Shown here: positions 1 through 9,293 of the stretch, piece after piece | How positions within the stretch are numbered: the stretch's first letter is position 1 | How the letters are laid out: the number at the start of each line of letters is the position of its first letter | Position numbers and translations under genes: made by a program | NCBI RefSeq assembly: GCF_006345805.1 | Contig: NW_021836204.1 | Location: 1 to 25,126 of the forward strand | Origin: Octopus sinensis | Lineage: Eukaryota | DNA: 25,126 nucleotides | Direction of reading: 5' to 3' | Notes under the pieces: model-generated | Told to the model about the DNA's origin: nothing | What the model saw: the letters and a program-made list of their open reading frames with translations, nothing else | Database searches by the model: none

Positions 1-123
1 CGATCTCGAAAGGATGAAAGGCAAAGTTGACCTCGGTGGAATTTGAACTCAGAACGTAAAGGCGGACAAAATGCCTCTAAGCATTTTTGTTCGGCATGCT
101 AACGCTCTACCAGCTCACCGCCT
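1..123 (-). mobile_element. tRNA-derived SINE, 5' part (3' part runs off the window edge)
   Basis: Minus strand reads ggcggtgagctggtagagcgttagc...gttctgagttcaaattccaccgaggtcaactttgcctttcatcctttcg: Pol III A-box-like (gagctggtagagc) and B-box-like (gagttcaaattcc) motifs followed by a non-tRNA body. Resembles abundant octopus SINEs (recalled, not searched). Confidence 0.8.
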
Positions 124-291
124 TTCTACTACCAATAATAATAACTAGCAGGACCGTGAAAATTTCACGGGGAAACTTTATCCAGAAAACCTGAAAGCGT
201 ATCCTGTGTTATGTCTGTATGGAAAGATAGTCGCTCATCTGCTACTCATTGAAAAGTGAGGGAAACTGGAATACGATGATTACTTAATACA

Positions 292-293
<2 letters not shown>

Positions 294-385
<92 letters not shown>
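294..385. repeat. (TA)n microsatellite inside the Helitron 3' UTR
   Basis: Direct reading of the sequence. Confidence 0.95.
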
Positions 386-386
<1 letters not shown>

Positions 387-696
387 TTTATACACTCATA
401 CAGTTTTATAGACTTAATACACAATACTCATAAAATAAAAATTCACTCTCAACTTTCCGCTTCCCCCATAAACAGAAAAAAATTACATTTTAAAATTTAC
501 TTGGTCACAATTCTATATCTAAAAAACAAAGATTTTATAGTAAAAAAATTTATTTTATATGTAAAATATAGGGTTTAAATTGCACGTGGATAAAAATTTA
601 ATGCAACATGGCATACTCTGAAAACCACATCGTTGGTAACTTACAAGCCAAGACGATGGGTCAGAGCCCAAACAGATTTCAATTTGGGTACCCTTT

Positions 697-1000
697 TCAA
701 TCCAATATTTCTTTGCATACTATGTTCTTCGTGTAAGTTCTCCCTCTTCTACATCCTCGTTTGTCAATGTTGATAACTTTAACTCGCACATCAGATAATT
801 TGCGAGCCTTTGCGAATGCAACATATAGACGACCATGGTCAAACACAGGTTCAGGCAAGAACAGCCCCACTTTATCAAATGCCTGATCTTGTGATTTATT
901 GATAGTTATTGCATATGGCAGGTAACTAGTTTCTTTCTAAAGCGAATGGCAAGTTTGGGATGTGCATGCGTTAAATGATTGGTGATATAAAAATCTTAGT
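697..1000 (-). pseudogene. Helitron RepHel PIF1-like SF1 helicase C-terminal fragment (frameshifted, with stops)
   Basis: Manual translation 921->697: LPYAITINKSQDQAFDKVGLFLPEPVFDHGRLYVAFAKARKLSDVRVKVINIDKRGCRRGRTYTKNIVCKEILD*. This matches the Helitron consensus AMTINKSQGQ...VGxxLPxPVFSHGQLYVAxSR...TKNVVYKEIL. A second frame upstream gives IFISPII*RMHIPNLPFALERN*LP (consensus LPFxLxRRQFP). Confidence 0.9.
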
Positions 1001-1401
1001 TCAATTATAAACAAAAAGTTTACTTTTCATATGCACTTACCATAACCACCTCCTCCACCATCACCATCATCTCTCTCTTTCTCCCTCCGCCTTTCTTTAA
1101 TATCACCATCAGGACATCATCCCTCTGCTAAAATTATATTCCTAACTCTCCTCTATATCAATACCTTCAACTAATGTTTTTAACTACGTAATAGATATTA
1201 CGTTCCCTCTATCATATGTCATGGACGCTTCTCTCTCCCTCTTTCTTCTCCTTCTTTTCTCTCTCTTTCTGCCTCACTCTTAGCCTTACCCCCTCTCTCT
1301 CTCTATCTCTTTTCTTTCTCCCACTTTTTCTCTAATCACATGAAAGCGTTGCCGGTGGGCTAAGTAACGTAATGACAAGCAGAATCATTATAAGATAACA
1401 A

Positions 1402-1441
1402 AACAACAATAACAACAACAACAACAACAACAATAATAATA

Positions 1442-1477
<36 letters not shown>
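1402..1477. repeat. compound (ACA)n/(ATA)n/(TA)n/(CA)n microsatellite
   Basis: Direct reading; explains spurious ORF 1332..1586. Confidence 0.9.
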
Positions 1478-1759
1478 CCACATATATGTAAGAAGACAGG
1501 GACAAATGAGGGAACAATAAACAAGGTGTAGTAGTTTGATGCTCAGGAAAGTATATGGAGACGAATATCAACGTCCCAAGTGACAAACTTGAATAATTGA
1601 TTGTTGTGAGACATTTGTCTCAATATGAAACCAATGGTAGCCTGATTATACTAAGAATAAAAAAATAGTTTTTCCCCAACGTGGTAGTGAGCACTCATTA
1701 TTACTGTTCGATTGTAACGCGCGCGTACACACACACACACGCACGCACGCACACATATA

Positions 1760-2241
1760 TCTCTCTCTATATAAAAGGCACTTTGTCTGTCTGTGTGTCT
1801 GCCAGGTTGTACCCCACCCTGACCACGGCTTTCAACCGATTCTGATGAAACTCGACACACACATAGCCCCCATGTCATAATTCAAAACTAACGCAGCGAA
1901 AAATTTGTGAAAAGTTCCCCCAGTTCTGAAAAGAATCGATAAATTCGACATGGGGTCGAGAATCTAAGCTTTTCATATGCAAACACATTTCTGTTGTAGT
2001 TTTCGCAACTTGCAATCGATTTTCACCAAAAAACCCGCAGAACTGGGTTGAGTGTGCTAAACAAAACCAGAAAATGCTCCTTGACTGGCAAGTAAACGGT
2101 GCCTTGAATGCCTTAATGCCTTTTAGGCTTCATTTTACAAAATAACGGTTCAATGAGTACAAAAAAGGTTAAAAAGGTAAAGGGCATTGCTTATCGACAA
2201 AGTTTCTTACATACCCGGGCAATGCCGGGCTATGCTGCTAG
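1760..2241 (+). mobile_element. complete non-autonomous Helitron (482 bp)
   Basis: Starts with TC after A1759 (tctctctctatataaaagg, then ctgtctgt repeats and acggctttcaaccgattctgatgaaact, typical of Helitron-N 5' regions). Ends with GC-rich hairpin cccgggcaatgccggg (2214-2229), 8 nt, CTAG (2238-2241), followed by T2242. A|T target and no TSD. Confidence 0.85.
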
Positions 2242-2310
2242 TAATATATATGTACGTTTATGCATGTATCTATATGTATGCATATATATATATATATATA
2301 TATATTGTGA

Positions 2311-2629
2311 AGGCGCATGGCTCAGTGGTTAGAGTGTCGAACTTACGACCGTGAGGTTGTGAGTTCGAATCTCTGACCGGGCTGCGTGTCTTGAGCATGA
2401 CACTTTATTTCACATTGCTCCAGTTCACTCAGCTGTAGAAATGAGTTGCGACATCACAGGTGCCAAGCTGTATTGGCCTTTGCCTTTCTCTTGGATTTCA
2501 CTGGTGGCATGGAGAGGGGAGGCCAGTATGCATGGGCGACTGCTGGTCTTCCATAAATGACCTTGCCCTGACTTATGCCCGAGAAGCTAGATTCCTGGGT
2601 GCAATCCCATGACCGAAGGGGGTCTCAGC

Positions 2630-2630
<1 letters not shown>
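2311..2630 (+). mobile_element. tRNA-derived CORE-like SINE
   Basis: A box tggctcagtggttaga (2318-2333) and B box gagttcgaatc (2361-2371). These are followed by gctgcgtgtcttgagcatgacacttt...cagttcactcagctgtagaaatgag, which aligns by eye to the CORE domain (gtgaccttgggcaagtcactt...cagtttcctcatctgtaaaatggg). Flanked by (TA)n. Confidence 0.8.
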
Positions 2631-2666
<36 letters not shown>

Positions 2667-2956
2667 GTCTGTATGAGTTAGAGGTTATGCAACCACCTAA
2701 GGGATAATAAACATCCAATATACTACGGGATGCATACCTACGTATTTATATCCAAGGGCTTACTATTGCAGAGCAGTATCGCAATTGAATACTAGGTATG
2801 AGTGGGGGGAAAACTTATATATATTTAACAACCGATTACAATCATATGTATAAGTAATCAAAATAAACAAATTAAATAAGCAAATAATCAAGTAAATAAA
2901 TAGATAGATAAAAATACATAAATAAATGAATAAGAATAAATGAGCAAAAAAATACT

Positions 2957-3102
2957 GAGCTCTTACAGCTGTTTCTATTATGGGGGGGGTCCAATCTGCC
3001 AAGTTTTCCACATCATGCCAGTAATATACAGGGACTTTACAAAGCTTGAACAAATATTGGACAGGGTGGACAATGAGCCCCAAAGCTTCATCAGAGAGAC
3101 TC
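2957..3102 (-). ncRNA. putative type I hammerhead ribozyme with long helix II insert (possible Penelope-like element remnant)
   Basis: Minus strand: gag-t-ctct CTGATGA (3094-3088), 112 nt, GAAA (2975-2972), palindromic cagctg, TA, then agag-ctc. Helix I pairs 7 bp with one bulge. Helix II pairing is weak (gggg/cccc only). Confidence 0.5.
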
Positions 3103-3135
3103 TAATGTTAGGAATCTCTCTCTCTCTCTTTGTCT

Positions 3136-3137
<2 letters not shown>

Positions 3138-3220
<83 letters not shown>

Positions 3221-3251
3221 ATATATATATTATATATGTATATATATATAT
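3138..3251. repeat. imperfect (TA)n microsatellite
   Basis: Direct reading. Confidence 0.9.
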
Positions 3252-3578
3252 ACACACAAAGATCAAACTTATCTGCAGCTCTTGGTGGTTCGAATCGGAT
3301 ACGCAATCTATGTGGGGTCTTTCTGAATACTGTCTGGTTTAAAAAGCTACATCAGATGGCATGATGATTATTCAGTCTGCAGTGATTATTCTACAAACTA
3401 ACACGCAAAATGAAAGGGTATTTTTTTCTCCCTCTGAAGAGATTTTGCTTAGAAATATGATTTTAATATTTATTTAACTTCACAGAGCTTAATTGAAACA
3501 GTTGTAAGGGATAATGATTGATTTTATGCTGATAATAAACTCTTATTAACTTCAATATCTCCATTTTCTTATTCTATT

Positions 3579-3620
<42 letters not shown>

Positions 3621-4317
3621 TAAATGAAAGATGGAAGATATGAGAATTTTTATTAATTACGACAATTGTTTCCACACATCTGGCATCGATTCCTCACAAG
3701 GGAGTTTCCATTATCCATTTTCCGTCTTTCATATATAAAATAACGAAATATAAAATAACTGTGAAAGTGACCGTGCTTTACCAGTAAGCTACAAGGTGTA
3801 AACCATTCGTTTTATTATCTAACACACACACACATAGACACACATACAGACACACACACACACACACACACGTGGTGTTTATATATGATATAATAAAAAA
3901 GAAGAGTTTTTTGTTAAAGGAAAGAAACATGATAAAATGTGCAATAAATAACGAATAAAACAAGACGTTGTTAAGACATATCGTGCTCCACTGAATATTT
4001 TAGGATATATATGAAATAGAATAACAAAATTCCCTAAGCAGCATGAAATATTTGGCATAGATGGCCTGATAAATGAAAACATTTATACACTTGAAGTGAG
4101 ATTGACCCGTAGCAATGTAGGTGTGTTGGTAGATATATCACTAAGATAATTGTTATTGACAAATGATATTTTGATTTTCTTTCTTTCTTTTTTTTTTTTT
4201 GCCATGTACGAAATATATTAAGTTTGGACGTTTTTCGATCTGTTTAGACCTTCTCAGCGAAGCTAAAATAATTAGCTAGATAAGTGCTCATGCATTCAAG
4301 AGACACTTATGCATATA

Positions 4318-5037
4318 AGTATACATATATGTACATGCATTATGTATACATGTATGTATGTATGGATGCATGTGTGCGTCCATGCATACATACTTACATA
4401 CATACATACACACATGCATCTTTGCATTTATGTATGTATGTATGTATGTATGTATGTATGTATGTTTATATGTATGTATGTATGTATACATGTATGTATG
4501 TATACATGTATGTACGTACGTATGCCTGCATGTATGCATATATGTATGTATGGATGTATGTGTGTATGCATGTATGTATGTATACAAGTATGTATGTATG
4601 TATACATGTATGTACGTACGTATGTATGTATGTATGCATGTATGTATGTATACATGTATGTATGTATGTGTGTACGTACGTATGCATGTATGTATGTATG
4701 TATACATGTATGTATGTATAGATGTATGTATGCATGTATGCATGTATGTATGTATGTATGTATGTATACATGTATGTATGTATGTATACATGTATGTATG
4801 TATACATGTATGTATGCATATGTGTACGTACGTATGCATGTATGTATGCATGTATGTATGTATGGATGTATGTATGTATGCATGTATGTATACATATATG
4901 TATGCATGTATGCATGTATGTATGTATGTATGTATGTATGCATGCATGTATGTATGTATGCATGTATGTATGCATGTATGTATGCATGTATGTATGTATA
5001 TATGCATGTATGTATGTATGTATGTATGTATGTATGA
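4318..5037. repeat. about 700 bp compound (ATGT)n tetranucleotide satellite with ATGC/ACAT/ACGT variants
   Basis: Direct reading; generates the stop-free MYVC/HTYI ORFs listed at 4284-5072. Confidence 0.95.
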
Positions 5038-6495
5038 TCATTTGTGCGGTCTCTCATGAATACTACTGGTAATATGGAATCTACTACAATCTGTTGCTGG
5101 TCGGCTACGAAACCACCAAAACCAATACCACCACCAGGTGGTGCACTGCTAACACAGTAGTTCGCGGTTTTGACTTATAAAAACGTTTAATATACTTTGT
5201 AGAATATTATGACTGTATAACAAAATACCGTGTGCTTACAAGTCAATATTTACATAAAACCGAAAATGCAGGGAATGGCATTGGACGTTTTAGCTTGAAA
5301 TCATGGCACTTCCACATTCCTGAGCCTGGACCCATATTAGCACTTGATGTATTGCCTCCGCTTGTCTTTAGATCATGTCAATAGGGTGGAGAGAACCTAG
5401 CCTATGAAGTGTAGTGCAAGCCTTAGTGGGCAGAAAATTTGGCACGGGTATTGCTTTGTCAGAGATGGTCTTACTCGTCTACGAGCGGACAGCCATCATG
5501 CATGTATGGATGGGTGTATGGAAGTATGTGGGCATATGCGTTTGTGCATTCACAGGCATACACCACCTTCACCACCACCTCCACCACCACCACCACAAAT
5601 TGCGCCAGTCTAGTTAGAATCTATATTGGGACTCAGATTGCTATCCGGACGACTGGATCAATGGAAAACACATACATACATACACAGACATGCACAGTTT
5701 AGCGCTGTATGGTAGCTAAGTTGACGACTGCGTCGACACCAAACTCACCAGATTGCAACTTGATAACTACATTTCTTATGTTGACCCGTTTCACCTTGCC
5801 CTAGAATTTATTCCCATTGTATCTGACACTCCGTCTCATCCTAAGATAACTCCGTCACCACTACCGTCACTACACGCCCACTAATCTTAAGTTCTATCAC
5901 GAATATTTCTAATTTCACTGCACCCACTTACAAAATCTGTCATTTTCTGCCAAATATCTCGACTTCGCCGTTTATGCGCCACCGATTTAGGCCTAGGCTG
6001 CTAACCTGAAGAGCTGAGGCATTTCAGCAATTGAGGGCACCATTGATCAGTTGAGGCTGTCGCCCTCATTCACACCCAGGTCATTAGCCTTACCATTGCT
6101 GAGCTACCCATTATACCAGTGTTTTCCAACCTGTTTTCCAACATTCTTCCATAACTACCGGTGGTAGAAAGAAAACAAATTTTGTTTTTAATATCTCATC
6201 ATAATTATTGAATACAAAAGAATGTACCTGTAACTCTTTTATTTAGTACTCTTTTATTAAGTACTATATATATATATATATACAAATACAAACATACATA
6301 CACATTATGCACATACATATACATATATACAAACATATTTAGTAAAACCTTTGACATTATCTATCCAATGGTTTCTTTTAAACCTAATATTTACAAACTG
6401 ACGCTCATAGTTCTATCTACTTCGAGTTTCAGTGTTAAAAACGAATTAGTTCACATCTTTCGAAGTTTCTAAGTTGTTATGACGTAAACCATACG

Positions 6496-6520
6496 TGTAT
6501 GTGTGTGTGTTTGTATGTGT

Positions 6521-6576
<56 letters not shown>
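6496..6576. repeat. (GT)n microsatellite
   Basis: Direct reading. Confidence 0.9.
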
Positions 6577-6580
<4 letters not shown>

Positions 6581-6777
6581 GGCTGTTTCATGGCCCATTG
6601 ACATTCATACTACAAGTACAATATGCTTATTTTTGTTTCTGTTCTTTTACTTTTAGTAGTGTGTCTATGGCAAGATAGCCATGAATGGAATGTATTTGAA
6701 TGAACCCTGTATGTTAATTAATCAGACTGAAATTAGTAAACAAGTCGAGTTCGTGTCGATTTTAAATTAATACGACA

Positions 6778-6950
6778 GGCGTAGGAGTGGCTAAGTCTGC
6801 TTTCTTACCACATGGTTCTGGTTCTGGTTCAGGTCGTCTGCGTGGCACCTTGGGCAAGTGTCTTCAACTATAGCCTTAGGCTGACCAAAGCCTTGTGAGT
6901 GGATTTGGTCGACGGAAACTGAAAGAAGCTTGTCGTATATATATATATAT
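6778..6950 (+). mobile_element. truncated, degenerate tRNA-derived SINE
   Basis: ggcgtaggagtggct head, decayed B-box region, CORE-like caccttgggcaagtgtctt, then gaccaaagccttgtgagtggatttggtcgacggaaactgaaagaag ending in (TA)n. Resembles a common octopus SINE (recalled). Confidence 0.7.
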
Positions 6951-7078
6951 TGGAATTGTATAATAGCCAATGTATGGTGGATGAGGTGTATTGAGGCCAT
7001 AGTATCACATTCCTTTGCCTCCGTCCCAAAATTACATATCCTCTGTTTCTTGTAGTAAAGAAACGGCTCACAAGCAGC

Positions 7079-7080
<2 letters not shown>

Positions 7081-7124
<44 letters not shown>

Positions 7125-7133
7125 TATTATTAT

Positions 7134-7174
<41 letters not shown>

Positions 7175-7194
7175 TATTATTATTATTATTATTA

Positions 7195-7235
<41 letters not shown>

Positions 7236-7263
7236 GGTTATTATTATTATTATTATGGTTATA

Positions 7264-7301
<38 letters not shown>

Positions 7302-7305
7302 TATT
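7081..7305. repeat. (TTA)n/(TCA)n trinucleotide tract
   Basis: Direct reading. Confidence 0.95.
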
Positions 7306-7857
7306 GAGTGAGAGAGCAGTTCATGCCATCAAAGTGACACTGGGGTAAAATATACGAAGCCCAATATACCCATCATGACTACCCGTCTGATAAAGGTACA
7401 CCAGGCACATGCATCACAACCATATGTGCGCGACATGGTGATCTCATATCAAGATAAACAGCACATGACCTTGCAGGGGGCCCAGTTAGAATTTTCTTCA
7501 GGTTGAGTAGCCCATCCCGCTCAAACGGTCCCTGAATAAGGGTTGTTAAGGATTTGAAAGAACCACCCATGTTTCCAGAGGTGAACTATTCAAACCCCAA
7601 AGAATCCCTCTCAACACATGGCTATGATGCTCCCCCACTACTTCTGCTCGTGATCAGAGATGCACATATCGTCAGCCACTAAGGGACATGCTCAACTGGT
7701 TAAGGTCAAACAACTGACAAGCAAATCTGTGGTATTGAGCAGAATATTTGCTGTAGCCCATCTTTTATACCAAGACAAAACAATGTACATGATAACACTT
7801 CCAATCAGTTAAGATCAGAAGCCATGAGGGCCACTGCCTGGTACTTCATCAGGGCAT
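7306..7857. mobile_element. about 550 bp non-coding interspersed repeat embedded in (TTA)n; class uncertain
   Basis: Complex sequence with sharp boundaries and (TTA)n on both sides; no credible ORF. I recall it as a high-copy octopus repeat but have not verified this. Confidence 0.55.
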
Positions 7858-7878
7858 TTATTATTATTATTATTATTA

Positions 7879-7926
<48 letters not shown>

Positions 7927-7957
7927 CATTATTATTATTATCATTATTATTATTATT
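7858..7957. repeat. (TTA)n tract; (TAA)n tail or target of the adjacent R4/Dong element
   Basis: Direct reading. Confidence 0.9.
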
Positions 7958-9061
7958 TTATGTTTGACTATTGCTTTACATTTGTACAAGTTGGCTCCAG
8001 GTCTCACCCAGAAACTTCAAGAGACAACAAGTTGGAAGTTCATGTTGGTGTTATGCCTAAGGTGCCATATATTTGGTTTTGTACATAGTGTTGTTCTAGA
8101 GAATGTCTAAGAAACCATAAGAAAATTATGTTTGTTTTAAAACTTGAGATTACATAGAAAGTATTTTGCGTAGGATATGGACAGTTCCCATGAGCACTAT
8201 CTTTTGAATTTCTGCCATTTTGGGGTTTTCTGGTATCTGAGCTAGGTAGCAATCAACCCCTTTTGCTATTTCCAGGGCACCTATGACAACAGGTATTGTT
8301 TTAGTCTTCAGGTTCCACATTTTGCTAATTTCTATTTCAAGATCTTTATACTTGCTCAGTTTTTGGTAGGTCTTGACAGATACATTTATATCGATTGGGA
8401 CAGTCATATCAATGAGGGGGCATGATTTTTGTCTGAAATCTTTCAATATGATGTCTGGCCTATTTGCATCTATCTTTCTGTCAGTTTGAATGGTGAAGTT
8501 CCAGAGGAGTGAGATGTGATCATTTTCAAGCATTGGAGGTGATTTGTGTTCCCACCAGTTTTTATCATGGGGCAAGTCCAGGTTTTTGCAATTTACCCAG
8601 TGAATATATTGTGCAGCTCTATCATGCCTGTTGAGATATTCTGTAGGCGCAAGAAGACTGCATTTGGAGACAACATGATCAATGGTTTCATTTTGAGGTT
8701 GACATACACGACATGTTGGGAAGCTACCGTTCTTTAATATGTTGGCCTGGTAGTTCCTTATAGGTAGACATTGATCTTGGGCTGCTATGATAAACCCTTC
8801 TGTTTCAGATTTTAAGCCAGAGGCCATTAGCCATTGATGGGTGAGGGCTTTGTCAACACAGGCACTATTCGCTCTCTTTGGGTATTTGCCATTGAGAGGT
8901 CTTTCTTGCCATCTATCAGTCAGAATATCTAAGGCAGCAGTTTTAGCACGAGCTTTCATGTGCTTAGCTTTTTCTGTGCTTGTTTCTCGTATATCTAATT
9001 CCGGAATTTGTTGTGTTTGGAATTCACTTAGATATTCCTTTGCCTGTTTTGTTACTGAATA
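7958..9061 (-). mobile_element. 5'-truncated R4/Dong-clade non-LTR retrotransposon (RLE type)
   Basis: The ORF carries a CCHC knuckle (CRVCQPQNETIDHVVSKC), RHD, and the restriction-like endonuclease signature RPDIILKD...LIDMTVP...KLSKYKDL. The frame stays open upstream to about 9061, where it abuts (TAA/CAA)n. A 3' UTR of about 190 nt ends in (TAA)n. No RT domain is retained. Confidence 0.9.
8150..9061 (-). pseudogene. C-terminal fragment of an R4/Dong ORF (zinc knuckle plus RLE)
   Basis: Track ORF 8150..8959 plus an in-frame upstream extension YSVTKQAKEYLSEFQTQQIPELDIRETSTEKAKH. The Met at 8959 is internal. Confidence 0.85.
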
Positions 9062-9085
9062 TTATTATTGTTGTTGTTGTTGTTG

Positions 9086-9135
<50 letters not shown>

Positions 9136-9159
9136 GTAGTAGTAGTAGTAGTAGTAGTA
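9062..9159. repeat. (TTA)/(TTG)n/(TTA)n/(TAG)n compound tract
   Basis: Direct reading. Confidence 0.9.
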
Positions 9160-9160
9160 A

Positions 9161-9190
9161 TCTAATCTCGTTTTTTTTCTTCTTGCACAG
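9161..9190 (+). promoter_or_regulatory. putative 3' splice acceptor (branch point, polypyrimidine tract, CAG)
   Basis: tCTAATctcg ttttttttcttctt gcaCAG ending at 9190. An alternative CAG ends at 9200. Confidence 0.7.
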
Positions 9191-9293
9191 AAACCAACAG
9201 CGAAAGAATCCTGGAGCCCAAATGATTTATAGTCTTATTATTAAATTAGAATAAAATAAGATACAAAAATAAAAGGAAGAAGTTAAAAGGAAA

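Larger units (their letters stand above)
145..1000 (-). mobile_element. 3' remnant of an autonomous Helitron (RepHel helicase C-terminus, 3' UTR and terminus)
   Basis: Minus-strand terminus: hairpin ccgtgaaa-N-tttcacgg (154-170), 5 nt spacer, CTAG (145-148), followed by T. Upstream lies degenerate PIF1-like helicase coding sequence. The 5' limit of about 1000 is approximate. Confidence 0.85.

Noticed and set aside
2311-2385. tRNA gene (also considered for 1-123 and 6778 onward)
   Set aside because: A and B boxes are present, but there is no complete cloverleaf or acceptor stem, and each continues into a SINE body.
4284-5072. Multiple 116-242 aa ORFs (MYVC/HTYI repeats)
   Set aside because: Translation of the (ATGT)n satellite.
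6006-6035. Hammerhead-like CTGAAGA plus a perfect gctga/tcagc helix II
   Set aside because: The required GAAA is missing and there is no helix I partner; at most a dead remnant.
6117-6131. cagtgttttccaacc resembling a hAT/Charlie terminal inverted repeat
   Set aside because: No partner TIR or target-site duplication was found nearby.
7379-7570. 63-aa minus-strand ORF inside the TAA-flanked element
   Set aside because: Short, no recognisable motif, and lies within a probable interspersed repeat.
7846-7852. Minus-strand CTGATGA at the end of the TAA-flanked element
   Set aside because: No appropriately paired downstream GAAA-helix III-UH or helix I complement was found.
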